DNA of 64,000 bases from a bacterium (GCA_027482685.1 JAIXVU010000001.1:11-64010), one strand, 5' to 3'. Counted from the first letter of the stretch, positions 1 to 9,693 are shown. The notes: generated from the letters alone by a model not told the origin. Program-made: numbers and translations.

Positions 1-63
1 TAGGGATCGAACCTACGACCAACGCGTTAACAGCGCGCTGCTCTACCGCTGAGCTATCACGGA
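1..63 (-). tRNA. tRNA-Asn(GTT), 3' end cut by window edge
   Basis: Reverse complement TCCGTGATAGCTCAGCGGTAGAGCAGCGCGCTGTTAACGCGTTGGTCGTAGGTTCGATCCCTA: D arm, anticodon loop CT-GTT-AA, T arm GGTTCGATCC. Confidence 0.97.
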
Positions 64-282
64 ATATATTTTATTTAGAATGTATATTCTACCTAGTGAC
101 AAAAGAAAGTTCGCGCGGGCGCTTACTGATTCTTCTTGCCGCTTTGCTATCTAGGAATATTTTCTCTCAAAATAAACGTACAATCTATATGATTTCTCAA
201 ATAAATGTCTCATAATCATACTAGAAAATAGGTCTTCTCGCAAGGGGAGAATATCTGGGGATAGAGGAGAGATTTGTAGGGG

Positions 283-321
283 GATACAGAAAGAGGCGCC
301 GTAGGCGCCTCTTTCTGTATC
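283..321. repeat. 18-bp perfect palindrome with GTA loop (terminator/REP-like)
   Basis: GATACAGAAAGAGGCGCC-GTA-GGCGCCTCTTTCTGTATC, downstream of ORF 343..1020. Confidence 0.9.
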
Positions 322-342
322 TATCTGTATATGAACCTATGG

Positions 343-1020
343 TTATTCTTGAGATGATAACTTCTTGTATATTTCAGCTGATGTAAGAAGTGTGAGAGGT
401 ACAGTAATGATGAGGCCCAGACCAAGAGGAATAGCCCCAAGAATATTAAGAAGTACTACAAGAATGATATACACGATAAGTTGTACTGAGTTACCTTTTG
501 TTAGGTGATAACTCTTCTTGAGTGCGGTTATCGCTGTAATGGTTTCGTTTTCAATGATGATGTACTTATAAAACTGTAAACGGATGAGGTAATAGAATCC
601 AATAAGTAGCACAATTCCAGCACCAGTAAGTACCGGGATACTCTTAGTAATATCAAAGTCAAAGGTAGTTCCAAAAGCAAGAACACTAAGAATAGCGAGA
701 ACACCTCCTACAGTAACAGCTGCGAGAAGCCCATACACAATGCTAGCGAGAGTATAGTTAACAAACACTTTATGACTTTTAAAATGATTGAATAAGTCAG
801 CAAAGGTAGGCGTATGGCCATGCGCTATTTGAATACTTACACCGATTAAGGCAATACTAACAATAAGCATCGCAAGCACTTCTAGGAGACCTGTTTTTGC
901 AACTGAAGTTACTATAATTGTTGAAATAAAGAACGCTATCGCGAGAAACCATGCGTGTTTCTTGAGATCAGACCAGCCTTTTGTAAATACTTCTTTTTGG
1001 GTAAATGTGTGTTTTGTCAT
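343..1020 (-). CDS. Integral membrane protein (DUF975/YciC-like)
   Basis: 225 aa, multiple TM segments, ALKKSYHLTKGN and LGAIPLGLGLIITVP motifs typical of this family. Confidence 0.7.
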   Translation of the reverse strand: MTKHTFTQKEVFTKGWSDLKKHAWFLAIAFFISTIIVTSVAKTGLLEVLAMLIVSIALIGVSIQIAHGHTPTFADLFNHFKSHKVFVNYTLASIVYGLLAAVTVGGVLAILSVLAFGTTFDFDITKSIPVLTGAGIVLLIGFYYLIRLQFYKYIIIENETITAITALKKSYHLTKGNSVQLIVYIILVVLLNILGAIPLGLGLIITVPLTLLTSAEIYKKLSSQE

Positions 1021-1147
1021 ATGAATGTAGTATACCCTTTAATTTTTCTTTAGCACTTCAAAGAGTGTGAATATCGCTTGTAGTGATTTCATGGTATATA
1101 CTGTATTAGTACATTACCATTATTATTTTTTCATCATACACAAATAT

Positions 1148-1510
1148 ATGCACATCATCATCACTGGTATCCACATGGAAATAACAGAAGCGATACGTAA
1201 CTATATTTTTGAAAAAATGAAGCCACTCGAAAAGCTTGTTCCGAAGGGGGATACAAGCGCTCAGCTCACTATTGAACTTTCTAAGACGACTAATCATCAT
1301 CAACACGGAAATATATTTCAAGCAGAAGCAAGGCTGAAGGTTAAAGGAAAAGAAAAAACTCTTACAACTACTCAAAATGATCTCTATAAGAGTATCGATA
1401 TTGTGAAAGACATGCTCTCAAGAGAGCTTGCGACATATAAAGACAAAGAGCGTTCAGTGGTGAGACGTGGAGCACATAAGGTAAAGGCATTATTTAAGAG
1501 ATTATTATAA
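1148..1510 (+). CDS. hpf: Ribosome hibernation factor HPF/RaiA
   Basis: ITGIHMEITEAIRNYIFEK...DLYKSID; start moved to ATG 1148. Confidence 0.9.
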   Translation: MHIIITGIHMEITEAIRNYIFEKMKPLEKLVPKGDTSAQLTIELSKTTNHHQHGNIFQAEARLKVKGKEKTLTTTQNDLYKSIDIVKDMLSRELATYKDKERSVVRRGAHKVKALFKRLL

Positions 1511-1517
1511 ACATCGT

Positions 1518-2249
1518 ATGGATAAAGACACACAGATTACATTTGCAGTTATAGGAGGACTAGTGTTGTTCTTAGCAGGGCTAGCGTATTTTTTACGTGA
1601 AAGTATTAATATATCAGATATTACAACTACAGAAGTTCCTGTTAAACAAATAACAGCTAAACCGACCCCGACGAAAACACCTACTAAAGTAACAACAGCA
1701 TCAACCACTAACGCAACATCAACTTCTACAACTACTAAAGCAACAACAACTATGGAAATACCAGAAAAAATTACAAGTGCAACTATTACAACTAACAAAG
1801 GGGTTATTGAAGTGACATTCGGCACAGATACTCCAGCAACTGTAGCTAACTTTGCAAAGCTTGCTAAAAGTGGGTTCTATAACGGTACACGATTCCACCG
1901 TGTTATAAAAGATTTTATGATTCAAGGAGGAGACCCGCTTTCAAAAGATATTAATCAAAAAGGCGTTTGGGGAACTGGAGGTCCTGGGTATAGATTCCCT
2001 GATGAGCTAACAGGTAAAGAAACCTACTCCCAAGGTACTCTTGCTATGGCAAATGCCGGACCTAATACTAATGGTAGTCAGTTCTTCATTGTTACCGCAA
2101 ATCCGTCTGTTGCGTTACCTCCTTCGTATACAGTGTTCGGTAAAGTTACAAAAGGTCTGGATGTGGCGTTAGTTATTCAAGATGTGAAGACCGATCCAAA
2201 TGATAGACCTCTTGAAGATGTGATAGTGGAGAAGGTGGAAGTTAGATAG
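1518..2249 (+). CDS. Membrane-anchored cyclophilin-type peptidyl-prolyl isomerase with Thr-rich linker
   Basis: FYNGTRFHRVIKDFMIQGGDP, LAMANAGPNTNGSQFFI; N-terminal TM helix. Confidence 0.95.
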   Translation: MDKDTQITFAVIGGLVLFLAGLAYFLRESINISDITTTEVPVKQITAKPTPTKTPTKVTTASTTNATSTSTTTKATTTMEIPEKITSATITTNKGVIEVTFGTDTPATVANFAKLAKSGFYNGTRFHRVIKDFMIQGGDPLSKDINQKGVWGTGGPGYRFPDELTGKETYSQGTLAMANAGPNTNGSQFFIVTANPSVALPPSYTVFGKVTKGLDVALVIQDVKTDPNDRPLEDVIVEKVEVR

Positions 2250-2268
2250 TTAGGGGTTAGAGATTAGG

Positions 2269-2331
2269 AATCAGGTGCAGATACTAGAAAGCGATGCCGT
2301 AGGCATCGCTTTCTAGTATCTGCACCTGATT
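2269..2331. repeat. 30-bp perfect palindrome with GTA loop between convergent genes
   Basis: AATCAGGTGCAGATACTAGAAAGCGATGCC-GTA-GGCATCGCTTTCTAGTATCTGCACCTGATT. Confidence 0.95.
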
Positions 2332-2352
2332 AATCTGACTATCTCTAGCCAA

Positions 2353-3240
2353 CTAATTCATGTATCCACGCTTAAAATCTTCCCAAGATATTTCTTTTTT
2401 ACCTTCAGGGATTACAGTAAGAATAATATCTTGTACTGTTGCATCTCCTAATGTGTATGACGTTAGATCAACTCCAGTAATTTTTACCCGAATAGTTGTA
2501 CCGTGATGAGGGTAGAAGAAGTACAAAGATGGCCATGGGGTAAACGCACGGAATTTACGTCTCACAACATCTGCACTTTCAGTAAGTGATATTTCACCCA
2601 TTGATTTTTCTATTTTTTTACAATATGTTGCCTTGGTGTGATCTTGTTCTTTTGGAATCAGATTTTTGGCAATGTAACTTTCAAGCACATTACTTAGCAG
2701 GTCGCCACCTAGTTGCCCGCATGCTACTTCAAGAGTTCCGGCAGTAGCGTTAGCATCTATCATAAAGGCATTTTGAATAAGGATAGGTCCATGGTCAACC
2801 TCTTCATCAAGTTTCATAATAGTGACACCGGTTGTCATATGTCCGTCAAGAAGTACTGATTCAATAGGGGAGGCTCCGCGATACAACGGCAAAAGCGATG
2901 GATGTACGTTTAGCGTCCCATGTTTCGGGATTGCGAGAAGTTTCTCTGGGATTATCTTGCCATAACTTGCAACAATGAATACATCAAACTGTTGTGTATG
3001 AAGCGGAGATGTATCTGGTAGTTCACGTAGAGATTCGGGTTGGTAGACAGGTATACCTTGTAGCTCTGCCCATACTTTGATATGAGGTGGAGTGAGTGTC
3101 ATGTGACGACCTTGTGGTGCGTCTGGTTTTGTAACAACAAGAGCTGGAGGGTATCCGTTACGAACAAGAGACGCAAGCACACTCTCAGCAAGAGCTCCTG
3201 TACCGAAGAATGCATATGAGATAGAAGAAGTGTTCGACAT
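2353..3240 (-). CDS. fmt: Methionyl-tRNA formyltransferase
   Basis: FFGT, VVTKPD, LNVHPSLLPLYRGASPI, FTPWP. Confidence 0.95.
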   Translation of the reverse strand: MSNTSSISYAFFGTGALAESVLASLVRNGYPPALVVTKPDAPQGRHMTLTPPHIKVWAELQGIPVYQPESLRELPDTSPLHTQQFDVFIVASYGKIIPEKLLAIPKHGTLNVHPSLLPLYRGASPIESVLLDGHMTTGVTIMKLDEEVDHGPILIQNAFMIDANATAGTLEVACGQLGGDLLSNVLESYIAKNLIPKEQDHTKATYCKKIEKSMGEISLTESADVVRRKFRAFTPWPSLYFFYPHHGTTIRVKITGVDLTSYTLGDATVQDIILTVIPEGKKEISWEDFKRGYMN

Positions 3241-3278
3241 TAAAAAAGCATAGCAAATAAAAACCTTCTTATATATAC

Positions 3279-3357
3279 TTGACTGTTATAACGAAATATG
3301 ATATTATTTATTAGGCTCCATCAACGTCCTCGCACTGCTTAATTTCCAAGAAAGGAA
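3279..3357 (+). promoter_or_regulatory. sigma70 promoter and SD of orphan cassette
   Basis: TTGACT(3279)-17-TATTAT(3302) with TG extension; AAGAAAGGA before ATG 3363. Confidence 0.75.
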
Positions 3358-3362
3358 CAGCA

Positions 3363-3851
3363 ATGAAAAAGCTCCTTGGACAAATCGCATTCGTTCTCTC
3401 CCTGCTTTGCTTCGGCAATGCGTTCGCGCAACAAGTGATGTACTCTTTGCAAGACGGGAACGGACAACCTCTCGGCCAGATGAACATCAACTACAAGCCG
3501 AATGGCTACGAAGCCACGATGAACGGTGAGAAGATATCTCTGGAAACTACTCACAACACAGCAACAGTGACGATGGGGAAACTCGTCATCACCATGCCGA
3601 TCAACAATACCTTCTACCACAAGGAAGTTGATAAGTGGGTAGTCAGACCTGTCACCACGTCGTTTGGTGACAAAGGTGTCCACAAGATGCTCTACTTCGG
3701 GCTTGCTATATATGGCCGGCATTATCGTGAAGAACTTTGGTTGAACGGTCGCCTTTTCATGTCATCCTCCACGGTCATCGACCACAACGATCAAATCATC
3801 TGGTCATTTGTGAAAGATTCACATGGGGCACTCTCCCTCAGACGGCTCTAG
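3363..3851 (+). CDS. Orphan secreted beta-rich protein (cassette 1)
   Basis: 162 aa; signal peptide MKK...NAFA/Q; own promoter, SD and terminator. Confidence 0.8.
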   Translation: MKKLLGQIAFVLSLLCFGNAFAQQVMYSLQDGNGQPLGQMNINYKPNGYEATMNGEKISLETTHNTATVTMGKLVITMPINNTFYHKEVDKWVVRPVTTSFGDKGVHKMLYFGLAIYGRHYREELWLNGRLFMSSSTVIDHNDQIIWSFVKDSHGALSLRRL

Positions 3852-3869
3852 TATTACCTGAGAGCTGAG

Positions 3870-3897
3870 AGCCCGCTACATGCGGGCTTTTTCTTTT
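3870..3897 (+). terminator. Intrinsic terminator
   Basis: AGCCCGC-TACAT-GCGGGCT followed by T tract. Confidence 0.8.
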
Positions 3898-4066
3898 GTA
3901 TTCCCCACACCCAATCTCATCTTTTACAAAGCGCATCGGAGTTCGGTAGGCGAGATAGAGTGTATTTGTAAGCATGCAAATGACACGTCTTTGTAAAGGA
4001 TGAGGTTATAAAGAAACTATAAAAAATTTTACACGAAATATTCGTCGTATCGAACCACTTAATTTT

Positions 4067-4615
4067 TTACTTTGCTGCATTCCTCACTTCCTCCTCTGTA
4101 AATTCTTCTAAATCAAACCCATGATCAACAAAAAGTATCCCGTCTAAATGATCTATCTCATGTTGAAAGATATGTGCGATTAATCCAGATGCACCATAGG
4201 TGAATTTCTTGCCATTCTCATCGTAGCTTTCGATCGTTGCGCTTATCACACGCTTGGTCTTTCCATATATCCATCTCACTGAGAGACAGCCTTCTTGCAT
4301 TACGGCAGTTTTTTTTGATGCTTTTATAATTTTCGGATTGATAAACACAAGAGGTTTAGATTTAGCTGTCTCAGGATATGCATTAGGGGAGACAACAAAG
4401 ATGCGAAGTGACACACCTATCTGAGGGGCAGCAAGGGCGACACCGTCCTTTTCACGTGCAAGAGCCTTATGCATATTCTTCAAGACTTCAGAAAGATATG
4501 GAGAGTTGTATTCATCTTCTGTTACTTCTCGAGCAATAGCGCGCAGTGGGTTATCTGGAACATCGTCTATCTGAATAATAGAGGTTGGTACTTTTTGGAC
4601 TTTTTTGGTCGTCAT
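4067..4615 (-). CDS. def: Peptide deformylase
   Basis: GVALAAPQIG, EGCLS, QHEIDHLDG; start moved to ATG 4615. Confidence 0.96.
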   Translation of the reverse strand: MTTKKVQKVPTSIIQIDDVPDNPLRAIAREVTEDEYNSPYLSEVLKNMHKALAREKDGVALAAPQIGVSLRIFVVSPNAYPETAKSKPLVFINPKIIKASKKTAVMQEGCLSVRWIYGKTKRVISATIESYDENGKKFTYGASGLIAHIFQHEIDHLDGILFVDHGFDLEEFTEEEVRNAAK

Positions 4616-4668
4616 GATACGTGTATATGTGCATTCTATCATATAGGTCTTTGTGCTACCATTGTCAT

Positions 4669-5577
4669 ATGACTAGAGATGTATCACTCCATACACATAA
4701 ATCAATATGGAAGAAAAAGAACGTTAGTCTCCTTACTGTTCTTATAGTAAGTCTTACAATACTTGTACTCTGGTATCAGACATTTAGCACAGTCCCAACG
4801 CCGTATCAAGATACCTATGTTAGAGAGACAGGTAAAGATATCACATTTACCTACTGTGGAGAGACGTACAGTTCTATCTCAGTTCTCATCCAAGGGATTG
4901 ATATTGTTAAACGCTATGTATCTCTTACGGATGGAAAATATTTTGCATGTAAAGATTGGAATGAAGGACGAAAATCTGCAGGCATAGAGAGAATAGTGCC
5001 AACAGTTCTTCCTCTTGGTGAGGGTGTATATAAAATAGTTCTTTCTCGTGAGATTAGTGAAGGCGTGAGCAAGCCTTTTCTAATCTTCATAGTTACTACG
5101 AGAACTAATGAAATTCTGACAAATGATAGAGAGTTCATTGGTTCGCTTAGTGAACCTATTACCACATTTGATGAATGTCTCGCAACTAAAGGCTCGACAG
5201 GAACCTACACCGAGAAAGAGCAAGTATGTACCGCACCAGATGGACGGATCTTCCCTGATATAAGCAGTGATTGGTATATTTCACGAGAGTTTGTGTCTGT
5301 GTCTATTATCCCACGCATGACATATACGAACCCTCTTGTAGTTAAGGTTTTTAAGAAAATACCTGCTTCTGTAGAAGTTACTCTTGTTAGTCAAGGAGAT
5401 GAGCGAGTTTTAGGTGGAGGGATAGTACAAGCAACAACATCAGTTCCTGTTACGCTACTAACAGCGACAACAACATACCCATTTGGAGATAGTTTTGATG
5501 CTTTTGTTCTTATAAAAATACTCGATGATACACAACGAGAGTTTAGAATTCCGATTAAAGTTAACCTAGCTAAGTAG
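4669..5577 (+). CDS. Membrane-anchored surface protein with ITTFDEC...C..PDGRIF Cys module
   Basis: N-terminal TM helix; short disulfide module of a type I recall from CPR surface proteins; start moved to ATG 4669. Confidence 0.7.
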   Translation: MTRDVSLHTHKSIWKKKNVSLLTVLIVSLTILVLWYQTFSTVPTPYQDTYVRETGKDITFTYCGETYSSISVLIQGIDIVKRYVSLTDGKYFACKDWNEGRKSAGIERIVPTVLPLGEGVYKIVLSREISEGVSKPFLIFIVTTRTNEILTNDREFIGSLSEPITTFDECLATKGSTGTYTEKEQVCTAPDGRIFPDISSDWYISREFVSVSIIPRMTYTNPLVVKVFKKIPASVEVTLVSQGDERVLGGGIVQATTSVPVTLLTATTTYPFGDSFDAFVLIKILDDTQREFRIPIKVNLAK

Positions 5578-5591
5578 CATTTTTTGCTTGC

Positions 5592-7463
5592 CTAACCAAT
5601 AAAAAAATGAAGAGGGTTAATTATCGGTTTACCGTCATAGACAACTCTTTTAATTCTTTCACGAAGCGCTTGGTTGTGTGACCACTCAGACTCCTTAATG
5701 TGAATAAAAAGCAACGTTACTCCACGACCTTGCTCGAACCATTCTATGACATATGTGCCGAGCTCTTCTTCTATTTTATGTTTCATTTGATCTTGTAGAT
5801 TATCAAACGATGCTTTGATAACAGTGTAGTATGGTGGAAGTAAGAAACGCTCTCGTTCAGAAAGCAGTGTATCAAACACCTCACGAAACGATGGTGAGAT
5901 GAGTTGCTTAATGACTGGCAGATTTTTCATACGAGTTTGTAATATCATACGACCGCCACGACTACCATCACTTTTTTGTTTAACTTTTTCTGCCATCTCA
6001 GTTACAAGAGTCAGCACCTTCTCATCGTTTCTATATTCAGGAAGTGCAAAGAGTGAGTCAAGAGAAAGTATAACAATACCATCAGCATGAGTTACAACAT
6101 TATGAGCCATCTCAGTTCCAATTAATACACCATACTTGCTCTCAGTCCATTCTTTATATGTTTTTTTTATTTTCGCTCGTGTTGGTGTACGCTCACCATC
6201 AATAACAAAGAGAGGAATTCCTAGTCTTTGTAACTCTTCCTCTATTCCTGTTGTTGCGATACCGAGAGTTGTCATACGCCACCCTCCGCAATGTTTACAT
6301 GAGAGCGTGCTATCATCATCTAGTCTAATAATATTCTCACACCCATGACATACGTAGGTTCTAACTCCACCGATTTTGTGGAGAACATATGGGCGGTTAC
6401 ATGTAGAGCAGGTGAAGAGTAGCCCGCAGTCAGAACATACGGTCGTTGGGTACATTCCTTTTCTATGTGAGTAAAAGAAGTAATGACCGCTTTCATTGAG
6501 TTGCATCATGTGTAATAACGAGAGAGACTGTTTGCTCAGATAGGGACTGCTTGTTTTATTCTCATCTATCATAGGTACTATTGTTATGCCGGCATCATTT
6601 CTATATTGCATAGGCATGACCTCATTTGCATCACGTGTTTTATGTAGGAGATGCGCGTTTAGTGAGAGCATATGAGAACCAAGAAGGCAGGTAGTACTTG
6701 TTCCCTTACATAGCTCCATCAAAACAAATCTCATATCATACCCACCATCTCCATGTGTGTAATAGTAGTGGCTGTGCTCACGTTCAATAATGACTAGACC
6801 AAGATCAACTCTTACCCACGGGAGAAGTGAAGGGGTAGAAAGGATTAGCAGTGGGTGTTGATTAGTAAATAGTTCGTTTTGTGCTTCTGTATATTGTTTG
6901 TCTGTAAGTCCGCTATGAAGTGGGATAACATATTCATCTATTCCGCGAGACAGTTCATTCTTTGCACATTCAAGATCAGTGATCGTAGGGAAGAATATAA
7001 CGATTGACTGTTTCTTAGAAAAAGCTTCGCGTACTGTTGTTTTATAATGAGTGATGCGATGTGCGTAACTTTGTTCAAGAAGAAGGATTTCAAATCCACG
7101 AGGATTAATTTGTGGTTCTATTTTGGTAATAGAAGCAAATGATCTCTCTGAAATGAGGTCATAGAGTATAGTTCCAATTGGTCGAAGTAAGTAGGATGAC
7201 GTATACGAAAGTGCATTCCATAATTTTTGATGCAAGAATTCTTTTGTGATTGTTTTTGAAACTTTTTTGAGCCCAAATGATGCGTGACGGAGTGACTGAC
7301 GTTCTTCTTCTGCTTTTTCTGATGTAAGAACAAGAGCGCGCGAAATACGTCTCTTTATAGTTATCTCCACTAAGTCACCTGCGTGTATATCATCCCTTCC
7401 AAAGTAGGAAAGTTCTTCGTATGGAATGCCGCTTGCAAGTGGGGCTACAGTTACGACGCGCAT
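5592..7463 (-). CDS. priA: Primosomal protein N' (PriA), helicase motifs degenerate
   Basis: N-terminal 3'-binding domain (ELSY...GDLVEI), four CxxC zinc knuckles, GxxEEEL and VLIGT motifs; priA-def-fmt synteny. Confidence 0.88.
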   Translation of the reverse strand: MRVVTVAPLASGIPYEELSYFGRDDIHAGDLVEITIKRRISRALVLTSEKAEEERQSLRHASFGLKKVSKTITKEFLHQKLWNALSYTSSYLLRPIGTILYDLISERSFASITKIEPQINPRGFEILLLEQSYAHRITHYKTTVREAFSKKQSIVIFFPTITDLECAKNELSRGIDEYVIPLHSGLTDKQYTEAQNELFTNQHPLLILSTPSLLPWVRVDLGLVIIEREHSHYYYTHGDGGYDMRFVLMELCKGTSTTCLLGSHMLSLNAHLLHKTRDANEVMPMQYRNDAGITIVPMIDENKTSSPYLSKQSLSLLHMMQLNESGHYFFYSHRKGMYPTTVCSDCGLLFTCSTCNRPYVLHKIGGVRTYVCHGCENIIRLDDDSTLSCKHCGGWRMTTLGIATTGIEEELQRLGIPLFVIDGERTPTRAKIKKTYKEWTESKYGVLIGTEMAHNVVTHADGIVILSLDSLFALPEYRNDEKVLTLVTEMAEKVKQKSDGSRGGRMILQTRMKNLPVIKQLISPSFREVFDTLLSERERFLLPPYYTVIKASFDNLQDQMKHKIEEELGTYVIEWFEQGRGVTLLFIHIKESEWSHNQALRERIKRVVYDGKPIINPLHFFIG

Positions 7464-7650
7464 ATAGTACTAGTGTATAGGTTTTAGGGGATAGGGGCTA
7501 GTAGGTAACAAAAAACCTTGCGTGTCATGAGGCTGAGGGGAAAAGGGAACAAGGGGATTGATTATACTAAAAGTGTCAAGTGTTGCGTATCTCTCTAAAC
7601 CTCTAGCCACTATACCCTAGTTACCACTGGTATGATAGAATGCGTTCTAC

Positions 7651-8664
7651 ATGGGATTTTTCTTCAAGAAACTCGGAATTGATTTAGGAACAGCAAACAC
7701 TCTTGTATATGTACCAGGGAAAGGTGTTGTACTTGTTGAGCCATCTGTTGTTGCGGTGTCACAATTTGATAACAAGATAATGGCCGTTGGAAGCGATGCA
7801 AAGGACATGATAGGGAAGACACCAGATTCTATCATTGCATATCGTCCTATGCGTGATGGTGTAATTGCTGACTATCGTGTTACAGAAGCGATGCTACGTT
7901 ACTATATTCATAAAGCACTTGGCGGGTTCGCGCTCTTTAAGCCTGATGTCATGGTATCAGTTCCAGCTGGGGTTACATCAACAGAAAGACGTGCAGTAAT
8001 CGAAGCTGCTCTTAAGGCTGGAGCTCGTAATGCATATGTTGTGAAGGAGCCAATCCTTGCAGCAATAGGTGCGGGGATCCCCATTCATGAGGCGCAAGGG
8101 CGTATGATAGTTGATATTGGAGGTGGGACCACAGACGTTGCGGTGATATCTCTTGGGGGTATCGTATGCAGTACATCAGTTAAGTGTGCAGGCAACAAAA
8201 TAGATCAAGCAATTATTGATTATGTTAAGAAGACCTATAATCTTGCAATAGGAGATCAAACTGCAGAAGAAATAAAGATACAAGTAGGAAGTGCATTGCC
8301 TGTAGAAGAAGAGCTTGTTATGAAAGTAAAAGGAAGAGACTTCATAGCAGGGCTTCCACGAACAGTAGAGATACGAACTAATGAAATTGTAAAAGCGATC
8401 GACAAGGAGTTGCGTGCGATGATAAAAGCAATCAAAGATGTTCTCCAAGAGACACCACCAGAGCTCGCTTCAGATATTATCGATAACGGTATCATCATGA
8501 GTGGTGGTTCATCAATGCTTAGACATTTCCCCGATCTCGTTCTACGTCGTACGGGGGTAAAGGCAGTCCTTGCTGACGATGCGTTCTTCTGTGTTGCAAA
8601 GGGGACTGGTGTTGCGCTTGAGCATCTAGACACGTACAAGCGCTCCATCTTCGCTAAGAAGTAA
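7651..8664 (+). CDS. mreB: Rod shape-determining protein MreB/Mbl paralog
   Basis: GIDLGTANT, RPMRDGVIAD, VDIGGGTTD. Confidence 0.95.
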   Translation: MGFFFKKLGIDLGTANTLVYVPGKGVVLVEPSVVAVSQFDNKIMAVGSDAKDMIGKTPDSIIAYRPMRDGVIADYRVTEAMLRYYIHKALGGFALFKPDVMVSVPAGVTSTERRAVIEAALKAGARNAYVVKEPILAAIGAGIPIHEAQGRMIVDIGGGTTDVAVISLGGIVCSTSVKCAGNKIDQAIIDYVKKTYNLAIGDQTAEEIKIQVGSALPVEEELVMKVKGRDFIAGLPRTVEIRTNEIVKAIDKELRAMIKAIKDVLQETPPELASDIIDNGIIMSGGSSMLRHFPDLVLRRTGVKAVLADDAFFCVAKGTGVALEHLDTYKRSIFAKK

Positions 8665-8788
8665 CTTGTCGAAAAATCACTGCATCTACTTCTTTGTAAA
8701 GATTTTTTTGCTCCTGTGATGTACAACTTGTACATCTTAGTCTCAAAAAATCTATACGCCTCGTATCTACAGCATTTTTTCAACAAGT
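8664..8788. mobile_element. ~125-bp MITE-like structured element, copy A
   Basis: Terminal IR ACTTGTCGAAAAA / TTTTTCAACAAGT (12/13), CATCTAC...CGTATCT inner motifs, central GATGTACAA-C-TTGTACATC hairpin; starts on the mreB stop codon. Confidence 0.65.
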
Positions 8789-8908
8789 GAGTGGGGGATA
8801 AAATGTGTAACTCTTTCGTTACGTTTGTTACTCGCTCGTCAATGTACAAGTAAGTACAACTCCTCGCCCGCTCCTTCCTGATTAAGATTTGCATCATTTT
8901 CTGCTCTC
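8789..8908. repeat. Second, tandem copy of related structured element (copy B)
   Basis: Central TCGTCAATGTAC-AAGTAA-GTACAACTCCTC shared with copy at 27342. Confidence 0.55.
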
Positions 8909-8947
8909 GTTAGAATTTACTACTAACTAGTTTGCTATACTGTTTCA

Positions 8948-9622
8948 ATGAAATCTGTCATCACATTCTCTGAGATTCCTCCACATCATGCTGTGCTTAT
9001 GGTGCATAAAGAGAGAGGCGCCGTGGGCGCCTCTCTCTTTGACGAATTAAAAGAGTTGTCTCCGGTTCATAGATTCTTTGACCAGTCAGTTCTAGATATT
9101 GAGACAGCGAGATATATATCGTCGTGGTCTAACACTCCATACAGTGGAGAAAAAGTTGGGCTTATTTCCTTCAATACAGCTGGACTTGAAGCACAGAATG
9201 CTCTCCTTAAAGTTTTAGAAGAGCCAAGAGCAGGTGTACGCTTCATCATTATTACAACACACAGAGAGCACCTCATCCCAACAGTCTTATCAAGGCTTCA
9301 TCAGATGAATCTTACACAAGATGTTCTTCATGATGAGATGTATACAAAAGCTTACACATTTCTCACAACTCCAAAAGTTAACAGAATGAATCTCAAAGAA
9401 GTAAAATTGCTTCTTGAAGAAGAAGATGAAGAGGGACGCAAGAAACGCGAGTCCGTCAAGAGTTTTATCCTCGCACTTACTGATGTTTTGAAAACTGAAA
9501 ACAGTGAATCAAGATATATTCTTGAAACGTTAGAGTTCGCTTCATATGCATCTCGTCCTTCAACATCAGGCAAAGCGCTCATTGAGTACCTTGCTCTTCT
9601 ATTGCTAGAGATTAGAAATTAA
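8948..9622 (+). CDS. holB: DNA polymerase III delta-prime-like clamp-loader subunit (short)
   Basis: EAQNALLKVLEEP...FIIIT...LIPTVLSR signature; lacks Zn module. Confidence 0.8.
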   Translation: MKSVITFSEIPPHHAVLMVHKERGAVGASLFDELKELSPVHRFFDQSVLDIETARYISSWSNTPYSGEKVGLISFNTAGLEAQNALLKVLEEPRAGVRFIIITTHREHLIPTVLSRLHQMNLTQDVLHDEMYTKAYTFLTTPKVNRMNLKEVKLLLEEEDEEGRKKRESVKSFILALTDVLKTENSESRYILETLEFASYASRPSTSGKALIEYLALLLLEIRN

Positions 9623-9693
9623 TGTACAATTTGTCTACTAATAAGGTATTAAATTTTGTATTTCCTAACCCCTAATCTCTATACCCTAACTAT

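Noticed and set aside
84-160. Imperfect hairpin upstream of tRNA-Asn
   Set aside because: Weak, interrupted pairing and single copy; cannot distinguish from chance or a tRNA leader stem.
1050-1071. CIRCE-like TTAGCACTT-CAAA-GAGTGTGAA
   Set aside because: Spacer is 4 nt rather than 9, the arms are imperfect, and it is not upstream of chaperone genes.
1620-1755. ACA/ACT-rich repetitive DNA in the cyclophilin gene
   Set aside because: Explained by a Thr-rich protein linker; no exact tandem unit.
8256-8897. 213-aa - strand ORF
   Set aside because: Antisense shadow of mreB running through the repeat elements; no protein-like features. The same applies to the many 60-140 aa antisense or alternate-frame ORFs inside core genes.
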